DNA from: Candidatus Poribacteria bacterium
GTDB taxonomy: Bacteria > Poribacteria > WGA-4E > WGA-3G
DNA length: 64,000 bases
Reading direction: 5' to 3'
NCBI GenBank assembly: GCA_965197475.1
Contig: CBDANF010000003.1
Location: forward strand, 448,001-512,000
Shown here: piece by piece, positions 50,092-59,249 of the stretch
Layout: each line of letters begins with the position of its first letter
Position numbering within the stretch: the first letter of the stretch is position 1
Notes under the pieces: model-generated
Seen by the model: the letters and a program-made list of their open reading frames with translations, nothing else
What the model was told of the DNA's origin: nothing
The model's database searches: none
Program-made: the position numbers and the translations under genes

Positions 50092-53019
50092 ATGAAAATA
50101 CGGAAAATTCTTATAACTGCAATCGTTTTCGCAAGCATCATTTCGATTCTTCCAATTTCTCATGCTTTTGAGTTTTCTTGGCAAATAGACGAAACACCTG
50201 AAGGTCAAGAGAGTGCAACTGCCGTCGAACCGATAGAAGTAACACTCTTAGATCAGCCTATACACGTGTCATCTCACAGTGCAGCAATTTTTTTAATGAA
50301 AAAGTATTCAGTTTACATAGATACAAACTGGAGCGGTTTAGACGCATACAAGCTGCTACAAACATTTGAATCGATACCACAACGAACGAATTGGAGATTT
50401 GCGAGACAAGATGTGTCTCCGTCGGTTTGGCAAATCAGTAATAGCCACATTCATAACGACATAGACATAGAACATAGAAGTGACACAAGAGTAGTCACAA
50501 TCGCATCTGATGCTTTTACCTATGCAAACCCCCTATTAGCAGAAATTGAAGGTGTCCGAGGCAGATTCTTTTCCAAACGGCTACATAATGCTGTCGTTCG
50601 GTTTGTAACCGATGACGGTAATAATAGAGATGTTATCAATAAAATACTGCGAGAACGTTATGATGTAAGCATTGATGTACCTGATTATGCAGAATTGACA
50701 AAATACACGACAGGTGAGAATCGCCACCGCTTCTCTGAATTCAAAAGCGAAGAATTATTGGTAATTCTTTCTATGCTTGAGGAATTTCCCCAAGGGATGC
50801 TTACTACACCAGGACTCAAATACCTTGTTCGCAGACTTGACGGCACGCCCAACCCCATATACCCAACAGCCCCTGCCATTGCATGGACAAGCGCAGGATA
50901 CATTGAATTCATGGAATCTGCTTTTAAAAATGCAGGCTATGACTATATGCACCGTCTGATTCTGCATGAAAAGGCACATTTTCTTTGGGAATACTTATTT
51001 GACGAACAACTCAAACAAGATTGGATTGAAATCGGCGGCTGGTATGAAAACCCCGACGACAAGGATGGATGGTCAACTACAAAGCAAGTTGAATTTGTAT
51101 CTGCTTATGCACACGGAATCAACCCGAACGAGGACATGGCAGAGAGTATTAGTTTTTACATTGTGAGACCTGACAAATTACGCTCACGTGCCCCCGCAAA
51201 ATACGAATTTATCCAAAATCGCATCATGCACGGCACACGATACATCTCACAAATTAGAGAGGATTTAACATTTGAAGTTTATAACTTATATCCTGACTAC
51301 GTCTATCCTGGAAGAATCATACGAATAGACATTCAAGTTGAAGGTGAACCCGAAGAAGATAAACTCGCAAAAATTGAAATAGAATTACACAAAGAAAGCG
51401 AATTAGACGCAGCGACAGTGGCATCTATCAGAATATTCAGTCCAAAAGGATCGTATACTGGGTTAAGACTGCGTCCAGTTGACGCACAAGGTAATAGGAT
51501 ACCTGCGGGACACATCTTACGAGGAAGTGTAGAAATTTCACGATATGCCCCTGACGGCTATTGGAATCCTGACCAAATCAATTTAACAGACGCAAACTCC
51601 AACAGTCGTTATAGTTCAAAAGTCGATTTCAATTGGATGATGTATATAAACAACCCGTTAGCTGATTGCGAACCCCCGAAATATGTGTCAAACACAATGC
51701 GATTGTCACTCTCACAACCCCAAAATACTGATGAAGGTGAATATCAGATAGTTACAGCAAGATGGCAAGCAACTGATAAAACAGACATAGACACATTAGC
51801 AGCACGGATAAACGACACATTTTTAGAAACATACTCACGCTTTTCATACGGCAAATTTGACCCTGAAACAAACACGGCAGAAGTCAATTTTAAGTTCCCA
51901 AACTACATGCCTGGCGGTGTATATAGTCTCAACTATATCACAATGAGAGACATAGCATTAAACTATTCTGCATACTATTTCACCGATCCAGAGATGGACG
52001 AAGCACCACAAACAATAGAGATACACACTACGAATCCCGACTTTGAGACACCCGAATTGGATATGAACAATATCACTATAGAAGCCACACCGACAAACCC
52101 TGAAGAACCGAATGGAGAAACTATAGTTGATATAACATTCTTTGCTAGAGATAATATTAGCGGTTACACCAAATCAGATATGCGTTTACGCGACCCGAAC
52201 GGCGTCATACATTTGTTCCGCCACTATCCTAAAGGACGAAGTGCTTTATATTTCCCTGGCGATCCGACTATATATAAAGAATACAACAAAACAATCGTAT
52301 TATCAGTCGGTAGCATTCCTGGAATTTGGGGACTTGCAGAAATGGTTCTCTATGACAAAGCAGGTAACACTCTCAAAGCCGATTTTACAGAGATCGTGCG
52401 GTTTGTCGTTGATGATACACCCGGTTCCGCTAACAAAACAGATGTCAACGGTGATGGCAAGGTCAACATTCTTGATCTGGTTTTTGTTGCGAATGCATTT
52501 GATGAATATGACGCGAAAGCGGATGTCAACGGAGATGGGGTGGTTAGCATACTGGATTTAGTATTAGTCGCAAGCTCCCTGGGAAATGACGAAATGGCAG
52601 CACCAAGTCTACACAAAAACGACCTTCAAAACTGGCTAACATTAGCACTTCAAAATGACAACGGAAGCTATAGGTATCGCCAAGGTCTAAACGTGTTACA
52701 ACGTCTGCTACTCACAGCACAACCCGAAAAAACAGCGCTGTTGCCAAACTATCCAAACCCATTCAATCCGGAGACGTGGATACCGTATCAATTAGCAGAA
52801 CCCGCAGATGTCACACTACACATTTATACTTCAGAAGGAAAGATTGTAAGAACATTTGAAATTGGACACAGACGGGCAGGTAAATATATCACAAAAAGTA
52901 GTGCCGCGTATTGGGATGGTAAAAACAGTTTTGGCGAAGTAGTTTCGACTGGTATATACTTCTATGAATTGCGAACCGATAACCAATCATTCACGAGAAA
53001 AATGATAATCGTCAAATAG
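50092..53019 (+). CDS. Secreted zinc-metallopeptidase-like protein with dockerin-like repeats and a C-terminal T9SS/FlgD-Ig-like sorting domain
   Basis: Signal peptide; LILHEKAH (HExxH) with NPNEDMAES; two DVNGDGxVxILDLV repeats; LLPNYPNPFNPETWIPYQL...TRKMIIVK. Confidence 0.82.
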   Translation: MKIRKILITAIVFASIISILPISHAFEFSWQIDETPEGQESATAVEPIEVTLLDQPIHVSSHSAAIFLMKKYSVYIDTNWSGLDAYKLLQTFESIPQRTNWRFARQDVSPSVWQISNSHIHNDIDIEHRSDTRVVTIASDAFTYANPLLAEIEGVRGRFFSKRLHNAVVRFVTDDGNNRDVINKILRERYDVSIDVPDYAELTKYTTGENRHRFSEFKSEELLVILSMLEEFPQGMLTTPGLKYLVRRLDGTPNPIYPTAPAIAWTSAGYIEFMESAFKNAGYDYMHRLILHEKAHFLWEYLFDEQLKQDWIEIGGWYENPDDKDGWSTTKQVEFVSAYAHGINPNEDMAESISFYIVRPDKLRSRAPAKYEFIQNRIMHGTRYISQIREDLTFEVYNLYPDYVYPGRIIRIDIQVEGEPEEDKLAKIEIELHKESELDAATVASIRIFSPKGSYTGLRLRPVDAQGNRIPAGHILRGSVEISRYAPDGYWNPDQINLTDANSNSRYSSKVDFNWMMYINNPLADCEPPKYVSNTMRLSLSQPQNTDEGEYQIVTARWQATDKTDIDTLAARINDTFLETYSRFSYGKFDPETNTAEVNFKFPNYMPGGVYSLNYITMRDIALNYSAYYFTDPEMDEAPQTIEIHTTNPDFETPELDMNNITIEATPTNPEEPNGETIVDITFFARDNISGYTKSDMRLRDPNGVIHLFRHYPKGRSALYFPGDPTIYKEYNKTIVLSVGSIPGIWGLAEMVLYDKAGNTLKADFTEIVRFVVDDTPGSANKTDVNGDGKVNILDLVFVANAFDEYDAKADVNGDGVVSILDLVLVASSLGNDEMAAPSLHKNDLQNWLTLALQNDNGSYRYRQGLNVLQRLLLTAQPEKTALLPNYPNPFNPETWIPYQLAEPADVTLHIYTSEGKIVRTFEIGHRRAGKYITKSSAAYWDGKNSFGEVVSTGIYFYELRTDNQSFTRKMIIVK

Positions 53020-53031
53020 TATCAAATGACC

Positions 53032-53144
53032 ATAGGATATCTGGAAGGTTGATGTTTATTGGCTTCCCAGCGATCATTAATGAGTGGGTTGCGTTGGGAT
53101 CGCGAGCATCCTCTTTGAGAAATGATGCGTTTAGCGATAAACGT
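53032..53144 (-). ncRNA. Candidate element-encoded structured RNA
   Basis: Four tiled hairpins (53128-53143, 53106-53128, 53070-53103, 53041-53070) directly downstream of a TTGACA-17-TATACT promoter. Confidence 0.45.
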
Positions 53145-53150
53145 GTCTAA

Positions 53151-53179
53151 AGTATAGCAAAACCAGTAGCGGTTGTCAA
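53151..53179 (-). promoter_or_regulatory. Near-consensus sigma70 promoter inside the element's 3' end
   Basis: Minus strand TTGACA (53179-53174), 17 bp, TATACT (53156-53151), with an extended -10 TG. Confidence 0.7.
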
Positions 53180-53246
53180 CCATATTTTCAAGGCACCTGC
53201 CCCGGTTTTGCGAAGTAAAGTTCGTCGGGAACATAGGATTAGGGTC

Positions 53247-54131
53247 TCATTGGGCTTCTCCTTGGTGAGTGGCTTCATCGTTTGAGTCTGAATTGGCAAG
53301 GTCTGCATCTATGGCTTGGAGTTGGTGCTGCGGTATGAGGTCGAGATATTGAGAGATGACGCGTTTAGAAAGTCGTGTAATCTGTGAGATTTTATCAATA
53401 TCTGCGGTTGCTTTCCGAACGACTTTGACGCTCTCATAATCGCGAATGTATCTATCAACTGCCTCCTTAGAGTGTTTGGTCTTTGCGGCAATCCTGGGGG
53501 TGAGATGTCCTTGAAGATAGAGGGTTATGATCTCTTTCTTATGGGTAATAGCCCCCGATAAGTCATGGATATTGCCACGGGTGGGCAAGAGTTCTCCAGT
53601 GGTTTTTTGCCATTCATTAACATAATCACAGACAACGGCATCGCAGACATTGAGCAAAACTGCCAAGTCGAGTTGGGTCAATAATGCCCCTTGGTCATAA
53701 GCTTGATGACACCAGCGGACCAAGCGATTGATCCGCAATTGCCGGGAGGTGAAACCGTTGCGAAAGGATTCAATATCCTCTGCGGCGAGGTAAGTCAGGA
53801 TGACGGGTTTCATGCGGGTTTTGACGATGGACTTTCCTCTTTCTGGATGCTCTTCAATAGGGACGGCCATCCAAACGAGTTGTCCATAACTCAAGAAACG
53901 CTCATCCGGGAGTTGATCGCCGGTGGCGAGTTTCTCCAAAGGAAGGGTAATCACGAAATAGTCTTCAACGGTCTTAAGAATATCATCAACAATGGCGGTG
54001 GCAGTGACTTCGCCTTTGTCATAACCATAGTCATTGAGAAAGCGGTGAATGAGCAACTGTCGTAGGGACTTATCGTTGATGCGTCTGAATTTCTTCTCGT
54101 TGATTTGCGTGCGGGTTAGAGGTTTGCTCAT
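53247..54131 (-). CDS. DUF1670 domain protein (copy B)
   Basis: QAYDQGALLTQLDLAVLL, LPTRGNIHDLS..THK, HSKEAVDRYIRDY motifs. Confidence 0.85.
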   Translation of the reverse strand: MSKPLTRTQINEKKFRRINDKSLRQLLIHRFLNDYGYDKGEVTATAIVDDILKTVEDYFVITLPLEKLATGDQLPDERFLSYGQLVWMAVPIEEHPERGKSIVKTRMKPVILTYLAAEDIESFRNGFTSRQLRINRLVRWCHQAYDQGALLTQLDLAVLLNVCDAVVCDYVNEWQKTTGELLPTRGNIHDLSGAITHKKEIITLYLQGHLTPRIAAKTKHSKEAVDRYIRDYESVKVVRKATADIDKISQITRLSKRVISQYLDLIPQHQLQAIDADLANSDSNDEATHQGEAQ

Positions 54132-54928
54132 GAGAGGTCCCCCTTTTTTGTGTCCTCAGGTTCTGGGTGAAGGAGTTGGGTTATGCGATCTGTGTGTTGG
54201 TATTCCTCATAGAGTGAGAGATACTCGCGGATCAACCGGTCAGATAGATGGGTGATCAGGCGTATCTGTGCGTTAGGAAAGCCTTGATGATGGAGCGTAG
54301 CGACTTGTGTAAAGTCTTTCAAGTAGCGGTAGACAGCTCGTTCGCTGTGGTTCGTCTTTTTCTCGATTTCGGTGAAGGTATAGGCTTTGAAATATAACTC
54401 CAGGACCTGGGTTTTATGAGAAGTGCCGGGGCCCATGTCGTGTTTCGTCCCGCGCGTCATAACGAAATACCCATCCTGCTTCAAGTGTCGAATGTCGCGT
54501 TTGACTGTAGCAGGACTGGTGGTTAATAATACAGCTAAATCCTCGTAGCTCAGTAAGGCATCTTGGTCATAAGCTTCTTGGGTCAATCGGAGGATCCGAT
54601 GCCGTATGAGTCCTGCGAGACCATAATTCGCTAAGACTTCAAGATCGGCGTTTGTGTCATTGAGAGTTAGCCGACAGGAAACTTTTTTCGCTAAAGCGAT
54701 ATGTTTACCTGCGGGTTCCTCTGCGGCGACTGCCTCGTAGCAGATTTGCCCTGATGTCAGGTGCACATCGGCGTGTTGTTCAAAGTAGGTGGAAATCTGT
54801 TTATAGTAGGCTTCAGCAACGAGAGGCATTAGATTAAAGTCTGCTGAAATCTTCTGAATAATAGCGGCTCTGGCATTCTTGGATTCGAGCCGAGTGATAC
54901 CGTAAGCGGTATCCTTCTTGCGGTTCAT
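54128..54928 (-). CDS. DUF1670 domain protein (copy A)
   Basis: EAYDQDALLSYEDLAVLL, TRGTKHDMGPGTSHK, HSERAVYRYLKDF motifs; ATG 54928 after GGAGG; ATGA overlap with copy B. Confidence 0.85.
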   Translation of the reverse strand: MNRKKDTAYGITRLESKNARAAIIQKISADFNLMPLVAEAYYKQISTYFEQHADVHLTSGQICYEAVAAEEPAGKHIALAKKVSCRLTLNDTNADLEVLANYGLAGLIRHRILRLTQEAYDQDALLSYEDLAVLLTTSPATVKRDIRHLKQDGYFVMTRGTKHDMGPGTSHKTQVLELYFKAYTFTEIEKKTNHSERAVYRYLKDFTQVATLHHQGFPNAQIRLITHLSDRLIREYLSLYEEYQHTDRITQLLHPEPEDTKKGDLS

Positions 54929-55042
54929 ATTGACCTCCATGAATAGATTATCGGGGATCCGAGGACATCTACTCGTTAGTTTAACGAATACTAATAGTAT
55001 AACTCATGGGGTCATTTGATACAAACTATAAGTAAATTTAAA

Positions 55043-55906
55043 ATGACTGGACGCAATATCAAACTGGAATCTCGCACAAAAATACTTATCATGATGATAT
55101 GTGGTTGCCTTGTCATTTTGCTTGATAGTCCTACCGCGTTGTTAACATGTTTTGTTGCAAGTATCCTTCTCGTTGCGTTTTCAGCACCAACCCTAAAACA
55201 GATCCGATTGTTACTACTCTTCCTATTTTTCACAACATGGGGATTGATTTATAGTCAGGCAATTTTCTACAACGAATTTCCTCGCACAGTTTTAATTACG
55301 CTTGTTCCCGCCGAATTGCCAATCATCGGGGATATGACAGGCGGCATCCGAATCTATCGCGAAGGACTTTTTCACGGTATTATTCAATCGATGCGGTTTA
55401 ATACCACCCTTGTGATCGGTTGTTACATTGTTTGGACCACACAACCTCGCGACCTACTTCTGGCATTGGTGCAGTTACGTGTACCTGGGGCATTAGCGTT
55501 TATGGTGACAACCGCGTTGCGTTTTACTCCATTGATTGCGAATGAAACATTAGCAATCATCCGTTCTCAAAGATTGCGCGGATTCCGTTACCTACGGTTC
55601 AACCTATTTGTCACAGTGCGCGGTGTTATCAATAGTTTGCGTCCTATCTTGGCAGGGAATATTCGGCATGCATCCCACCTTGGAGAATCGGTTGAAAGCC
55701 GAGGATTCTCACCGGACACAACATCAAAACGGACTTCATTACGAATCTCACGGATGGACAGGTGGGATTATTGTTTGCTTGCGTTGCTATGCCTCTGCTT
55801 GTTCTGCGTCATTGGTTTGAAAGTGCTCTATTTCTGCTATGTGAATGGTATCTATTACGGGGCGTGGTTGAGAGGTGTGTATACATTTGCCCGAGAGGTG
55901 TTATGA
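55043..55906 (+). CDS. Energy-coupling factor transporter transmembrane component T (EcfT/CbiQ family)
   Basis: Multi-TM; ALRFTP, SQRLRG and VESRGF coupling motifs. The listed start at 55016 lies inside the element's inverted repeat, so ATG 55043 is preferred. Confidence 0.85.
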   Translation: MTGRNIKLESRTKILIMMICGCLVILLDSPTALLTCFVASILLVAFSAPTLKQIRLLLLFLFFTTWGLIYSQAIFYNEFPRTVLITLVPAELPIIGDMTGGIRIYREGLFHGIIQSMRFNTTLVIGCYIVWTTQPRDLLLALVQLRVPGALAFMVTTALRFTPLIANETLAIIRSQRLRGFRYLRFNLFVTVRGVINSLRPILAGNIRHASHLGESVESRGFSPDTTSKRTSLRISRMDRWDYCLLALLCLCLFCVIGLKVLYFCYVNGIYYGAWLRGVYTFAREVL

Positions 55907-55944
55907 GGGATTTAGTCCGTAGGTTGGATTGAGCGCGTGTAACC

Positions 55945-56234
55945 CATAGGCATCAATTTAGTGTGCTATATGCAAAAAGATGCTGATTTGTGATGATAGC
56001 AGCACCAGCGGTGCGGAATGTTATAGAAAACAGTGTCAAACAGTCTCTTGAACCCCAGCGGGGGCAGCATGCGCTTTTGGCATGCTGCATGAGGTGTCTG
56101 ACAACACGTACACATATACACCTTTCGCCCTCTGGGGCTTGAGTTTGGTAGGGGTCGCGTGTCTGGACACCTTTCGCCCTCTGGGACTTAGATATCCAAA
56201 ATATAGGTTTATTTCCTTAAATTGACACCTATGG
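55945..56234. repeat. MITE-like repeat with CCCCAGCGGGG and GCAGCATGC palindromes
   Basis: Inverted copy of the CACCTCATGCAGCATGCCA..GCATGCTGCCCCGCTGGGG block seen at about 32295 and 34861. Confidence 0.55.
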
Positions 56235-56404
56235 GTTGAGCGCGTGTAACCCAACAAAAGAGGCGCGTGAATTGCGCGACTACGAACGCGATACCTTTAA
56301 AATCCGCGTAATCCATGAAATTAGCGATAATTTGCGATTCTGACAAAAACCCGTGCGGTTAGGAAACCGCACCTACCGTCCATGGAGAACACTATGAGGT
56401 GAGA

Positions 56405-56923
56405 TTAACGTCCTACCTCCCAAGCCAGATGTTGAAGCTCCGGTCCGATGAGTTTTTCCCACGCCAGCCGCACAGCGGCATTTGAACCTGGCGTAGAAAT
56501 AACTACTTTTCCTTGATAGACTCCTGCTGTTGCACGCGATAACATAGCAGCAGCACCGACTTGGTCATAACTAAACATCCGAAAGAGTTCCCCAAAACCC
56601 GGCAACGTCTTTTCTAATTTACGATTGAGCACATCAAAAGTCGTGTCGCGTGGTGCGATGCCGGTCCCACCGTTAAATAAAATGACTTGAGCATCGCTTG
56701 CAGCCATTTTATCCAAAATGTCCGCAACCTGATCCGGTTCATCTTTAATAATCTGATAAGCGGTCACACTGTTTCCATCCGCCTCAACTTGTTCTCGTAT
56801 AAACGCAGCGTTTGTGTCTGTTTCTGGTGTCCGTGAATCACTTACGGTAACAATGGCAACTGAGACAGGACCTTCTTCAGCAGCTATCTCCCGATGCTGT
56901 TGTGTGCTTGTTGATGTCGTCAT
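56405..56923 (-). CDS. moaB: Molybdenum cofactor biosynthesis protein MoaB/MogA family
   Basis: [43 protein letters not shown] motifs. Confidence 0.88.
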   Translation of the reverse strand: MTTSTSTQQHREIAAEEGPVSVAIVTVSDSRTPETDTNAAFIREQVEADGNSVTAYQIIKDEPDQVADILDKMAASDAQVILFNGGTGIAPRDTTFDVLNRKLEKTLPGFGELFRMFSYDQVGAAAMLSRATAGVYQGKVVISTPGSNAAVRLAWEKLIGPELQHLAWEVGR

Positions 56924-56944
56924 AAAATAACCTCTTCCGTCAAA

Positions 56945-59137
56945 TTATTGATTTGGGTACGCCTTCTGCAAATGCCTTGGCATAGGAAAAAAGATTCCTT
57001 GAGTTTGTGCAGCGAGTGTTGTTTGAAAATCGTTAGGGTCTGGATAGCCTATCACATACGCGGTAATGCCTAATGATTGACATATCTCCAATGCTCTCTC
57101 CGCAGGATATTTGCCTGTAGTAGGTTCGTCAGTCAAAATAAGCAGGAATCGCCTCGCGTAAGGGCTAAATTTCACCTTAGGCACACCTTCAACGATAGCA
57201 TCAATAAGATGTTCATCACCACCAAATGGTTCTTCCATAAACCTTTTTATCAAACTTTCGTTGAGCGGCATCTGTGATACGACAGTCCCATTGATAGTCT
57301 TAATAGCATCTTTTGCTTCAGCAAAACGGATGAGTCCAATCCGATATTTTAGGGGAAAAATCGATAATCTGCCAATGAGTGTGCTTAACCCGAGCATGAC
57401 TGCATCCGCTTTTCCACCCATACTTCTGCTATAGTCTAACATTACCACAACATCGACGAGCGGTTCAGCACTGTTATTTGTTGTAGATGCACTTGGTTGT
57501 GCACCAATGTAAACTTTGAGACTATCTCTATCTCTCCGAATCGTATAAAATTGGTTGTTCCACCGGTCAGTAACGGTCCATCTATGAACAGATTGCCTTG
57601 CTCGAGCTATAAGATTAGCATCCAAATTCCAATAGTTTGGGGAGGCACCTGCATAAACGTTTATCTTATTTTCATCTTTACGAAGGGCATAAATTTGCTC
57701 ATTGCCGTAGTCTGTAATTACTAACAAATCATTATTCCGTTTTTCTAAAATTGCTGCATATCCCTCACTGAAAAAATCCGTTTTCAAGCCAAGCTCTTTG
57801 TTATCGAATTCTTGTTGTATTTTATTTATAGGGATATCACCTTCTTCAAAAAGCACTTCAAACTGTAATTCAAGGCTAAATAGCATTTTGCTACCGTTTT
57901 GCTGAATATCAGTAGCAATATCTTTGAATAATTTGAGAAGCGGGCGGTTCCCAACGCGATTACTTGGGAGTGCGGCGGGATTGGCGGGATTATAGAGGCT
58001 ACCGGGTATTTGTTCCCATACGCCCCCAGTGGCATCAGCTAATGTCTGCTGAAAAGGTTCGGGAAATCCAAGTATGTTTACGCGAACTTCCTCAAATTGA
58101 GATTGATCGATTACTTTTGCTCGCATATTAGTTATTGCGTTCTTTTCTCTCAAACTGGTTGATGCGGGTTCATCTGTAACTAAGATTAAGTGCTTTTCGG
58201 CGTCTGTGTGAAATTCCATATAGTCCAATGTATACAAAAGTGCATCAAGTGCATTTTCATCTCCACTCAGATGAACTTCTTTCATTCGCCGTCGAAGAAC
58301 ACTGACATCAGGTAACAGCGCACGTGTTTCGACCTTTTGACCCTTTTGCCGGACACTGAATTCAGACATGCCAAAATGGTATTCGAGATTGATAAGATCA
58401 AATGCATCCGTCATGCTATAAAGGTTTTCGGCGACCTGCTGGATGTTGTCGCGCATACTGGCACTTGTATCAAGCACAAAGACCACGTTGATCTTATCAA
58501 GTTCCCGTGTGCTAATAATATGCTCAGCAATCTTTTTGAGTGCTTCTCCGATTGGATTAGTACCACCGTCGTCTTTTCTAATTCCTTCTCCGATAGTTCC
58601 AATTTCTGCAGTTCCTTTTGACTCAAGCCTGTGAAATCCACTTTCGCCATCGCCTTTGACACGTTGTCGAAGACTTTTCACCCCTGCGCCTGAAGAGATT
58701 TCAAAGGGACTTGTGACAGATTTTGGAAGTGCTGCTGTACGGCTATTCAAATGCGTTGCTTGTGTTGTAACTTCAGGTAGTTTTGTCACTGTTTCAGACA
58801 CTGATTTTGTAGCATTGTGCATCAATACCTTCTTGGAAGGGCGAAGGGTTTCATCGATTAAATTTGAAGAAGCTTTTAAGGCAACATGTTTTGGACGGTA
58901 ATCAGAAATAGATTTGGTCTGTTTTGAGGTAAGTGTTTGCTTCGGTAGTGGTCGTTTTAATCTGCGTTGTTTCTGGGTATCCTTCATATCTATAAATTCC
59001 ACCCCAACAACATCTTCAATTTCATTACTAAGATGTGCATAGTAGAAAAATGTAAAAAGTATAGCGATGCAGAGATGGACAATCCCGGCAATCAGACAGG
59101 CATTCAATGAGCGTTGTTTTACTTCAGATCGAATCAT
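56945..59137 (-). CDS. Membrane-anchored protein with two von Willebrand factor A domains
   Basis: N-terminal TM, extended linker, two MIDAS motifs (LDTSASM, LDYSRSM), each followed by LxTDEP. Confidence 0.85.
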   Translation of the reverse strand: MIRSEVKQRSLNACLIAGIVHLCIAILFTFFYYAHLSNEIEDVVGVEFIDMKDTQKQRRLKRPLPKQTLTSKQTKSISDYRPKHVALKASSNLIDETLRPSKKVLMHNATKSVSETVTKLPEVTTQATHLNSRTAALPKSVTSPFEISSGAGVKSLRQRVKGDGESGFHRLESKGTAEIGTIGEGIRKDDGGTNPIGEALKKIAEHIISTRELDKINVVFVLDTSASMRDNIQQVAENLYSMTDAFDLINLEYHFGMSEFSVRQKGQKVETRALLPDVSVLRRRMKEVHLSGDENALDALLYTLDYMEFHTDAEKHLILVTDEPASTSLREKNAITNMRAKVIDQSQFEEVRVNILGFPEPFQQTLADATGGVWEQIPGSLYNPANPAALPSNRVGNRPLLKLFKDIATDIQQNGSKMLFSLELQFEVLFEEGDIPINKIQQEFDNKELGLKTDFFSEGYAAILEKRNNDLLVITDYGNEQIYALRKDENKINVYAGASPNYWNLDANLIARARQSVHRWTVTDRWNNQFYTIRRDRDSLKVYIGAQPSASTTNNSAEPLVDVVVMLDYSRSMGGKADAVMLGLSTLIGRLSIFPLKYRIGLIRFAEAKDAIKTINGTVVSQMPLNESLIKRFMEEPFGGDEHLIDAIVEGVPKVKFSPYARRFLLILTDEPTTGKYPAERALEICQSLGITAYVIGYPDPNDFQTTLAAQTQGIFFPMPRHLQKAYPNQ

Positions 59138-59204
59138 GATGTCCTCCTTTAATTCTTTACCTCTATCATTGCCTTTCTATTATTGTTGAAAAGTCAATAT
59201 AAAA

Positions 59205-59233
59205 ATTATATCAGATATTGTAATAAATTTCAA
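59205..59233 (-). promoter_or_regulatory. sigma70 promoter for the vWA gene
   Basis: TTGAAA-17 bp-TATAAT on the minus strand. Confidence 0.55.
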
Positions 59234-59249
59234 GAAGCTTAAAAGTTAA

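Larger units (their letters stand above)
53019..55022 (-). mobile_element. Putative novel mobile element encoding a DUF1670 pair
   Basis: Perfect 13-bp inverted repeats GTATCAAATGACC (53019-53031) / GGTCATTTGATAC (55010-55022). Deleting the element gives ...GTC AAA TAA, preserving the upstream gene's stop. Confidence 0.72.

Noticed and set aside
53022-53234. 70-aa ORF in the 3' end of the DUF1670 element
   Set aside because: No clear RBS or recognisable motif, and it overlaps a consensus promoter and hairpins; a non-coding role is more plausible, though a peptide is not excluded.
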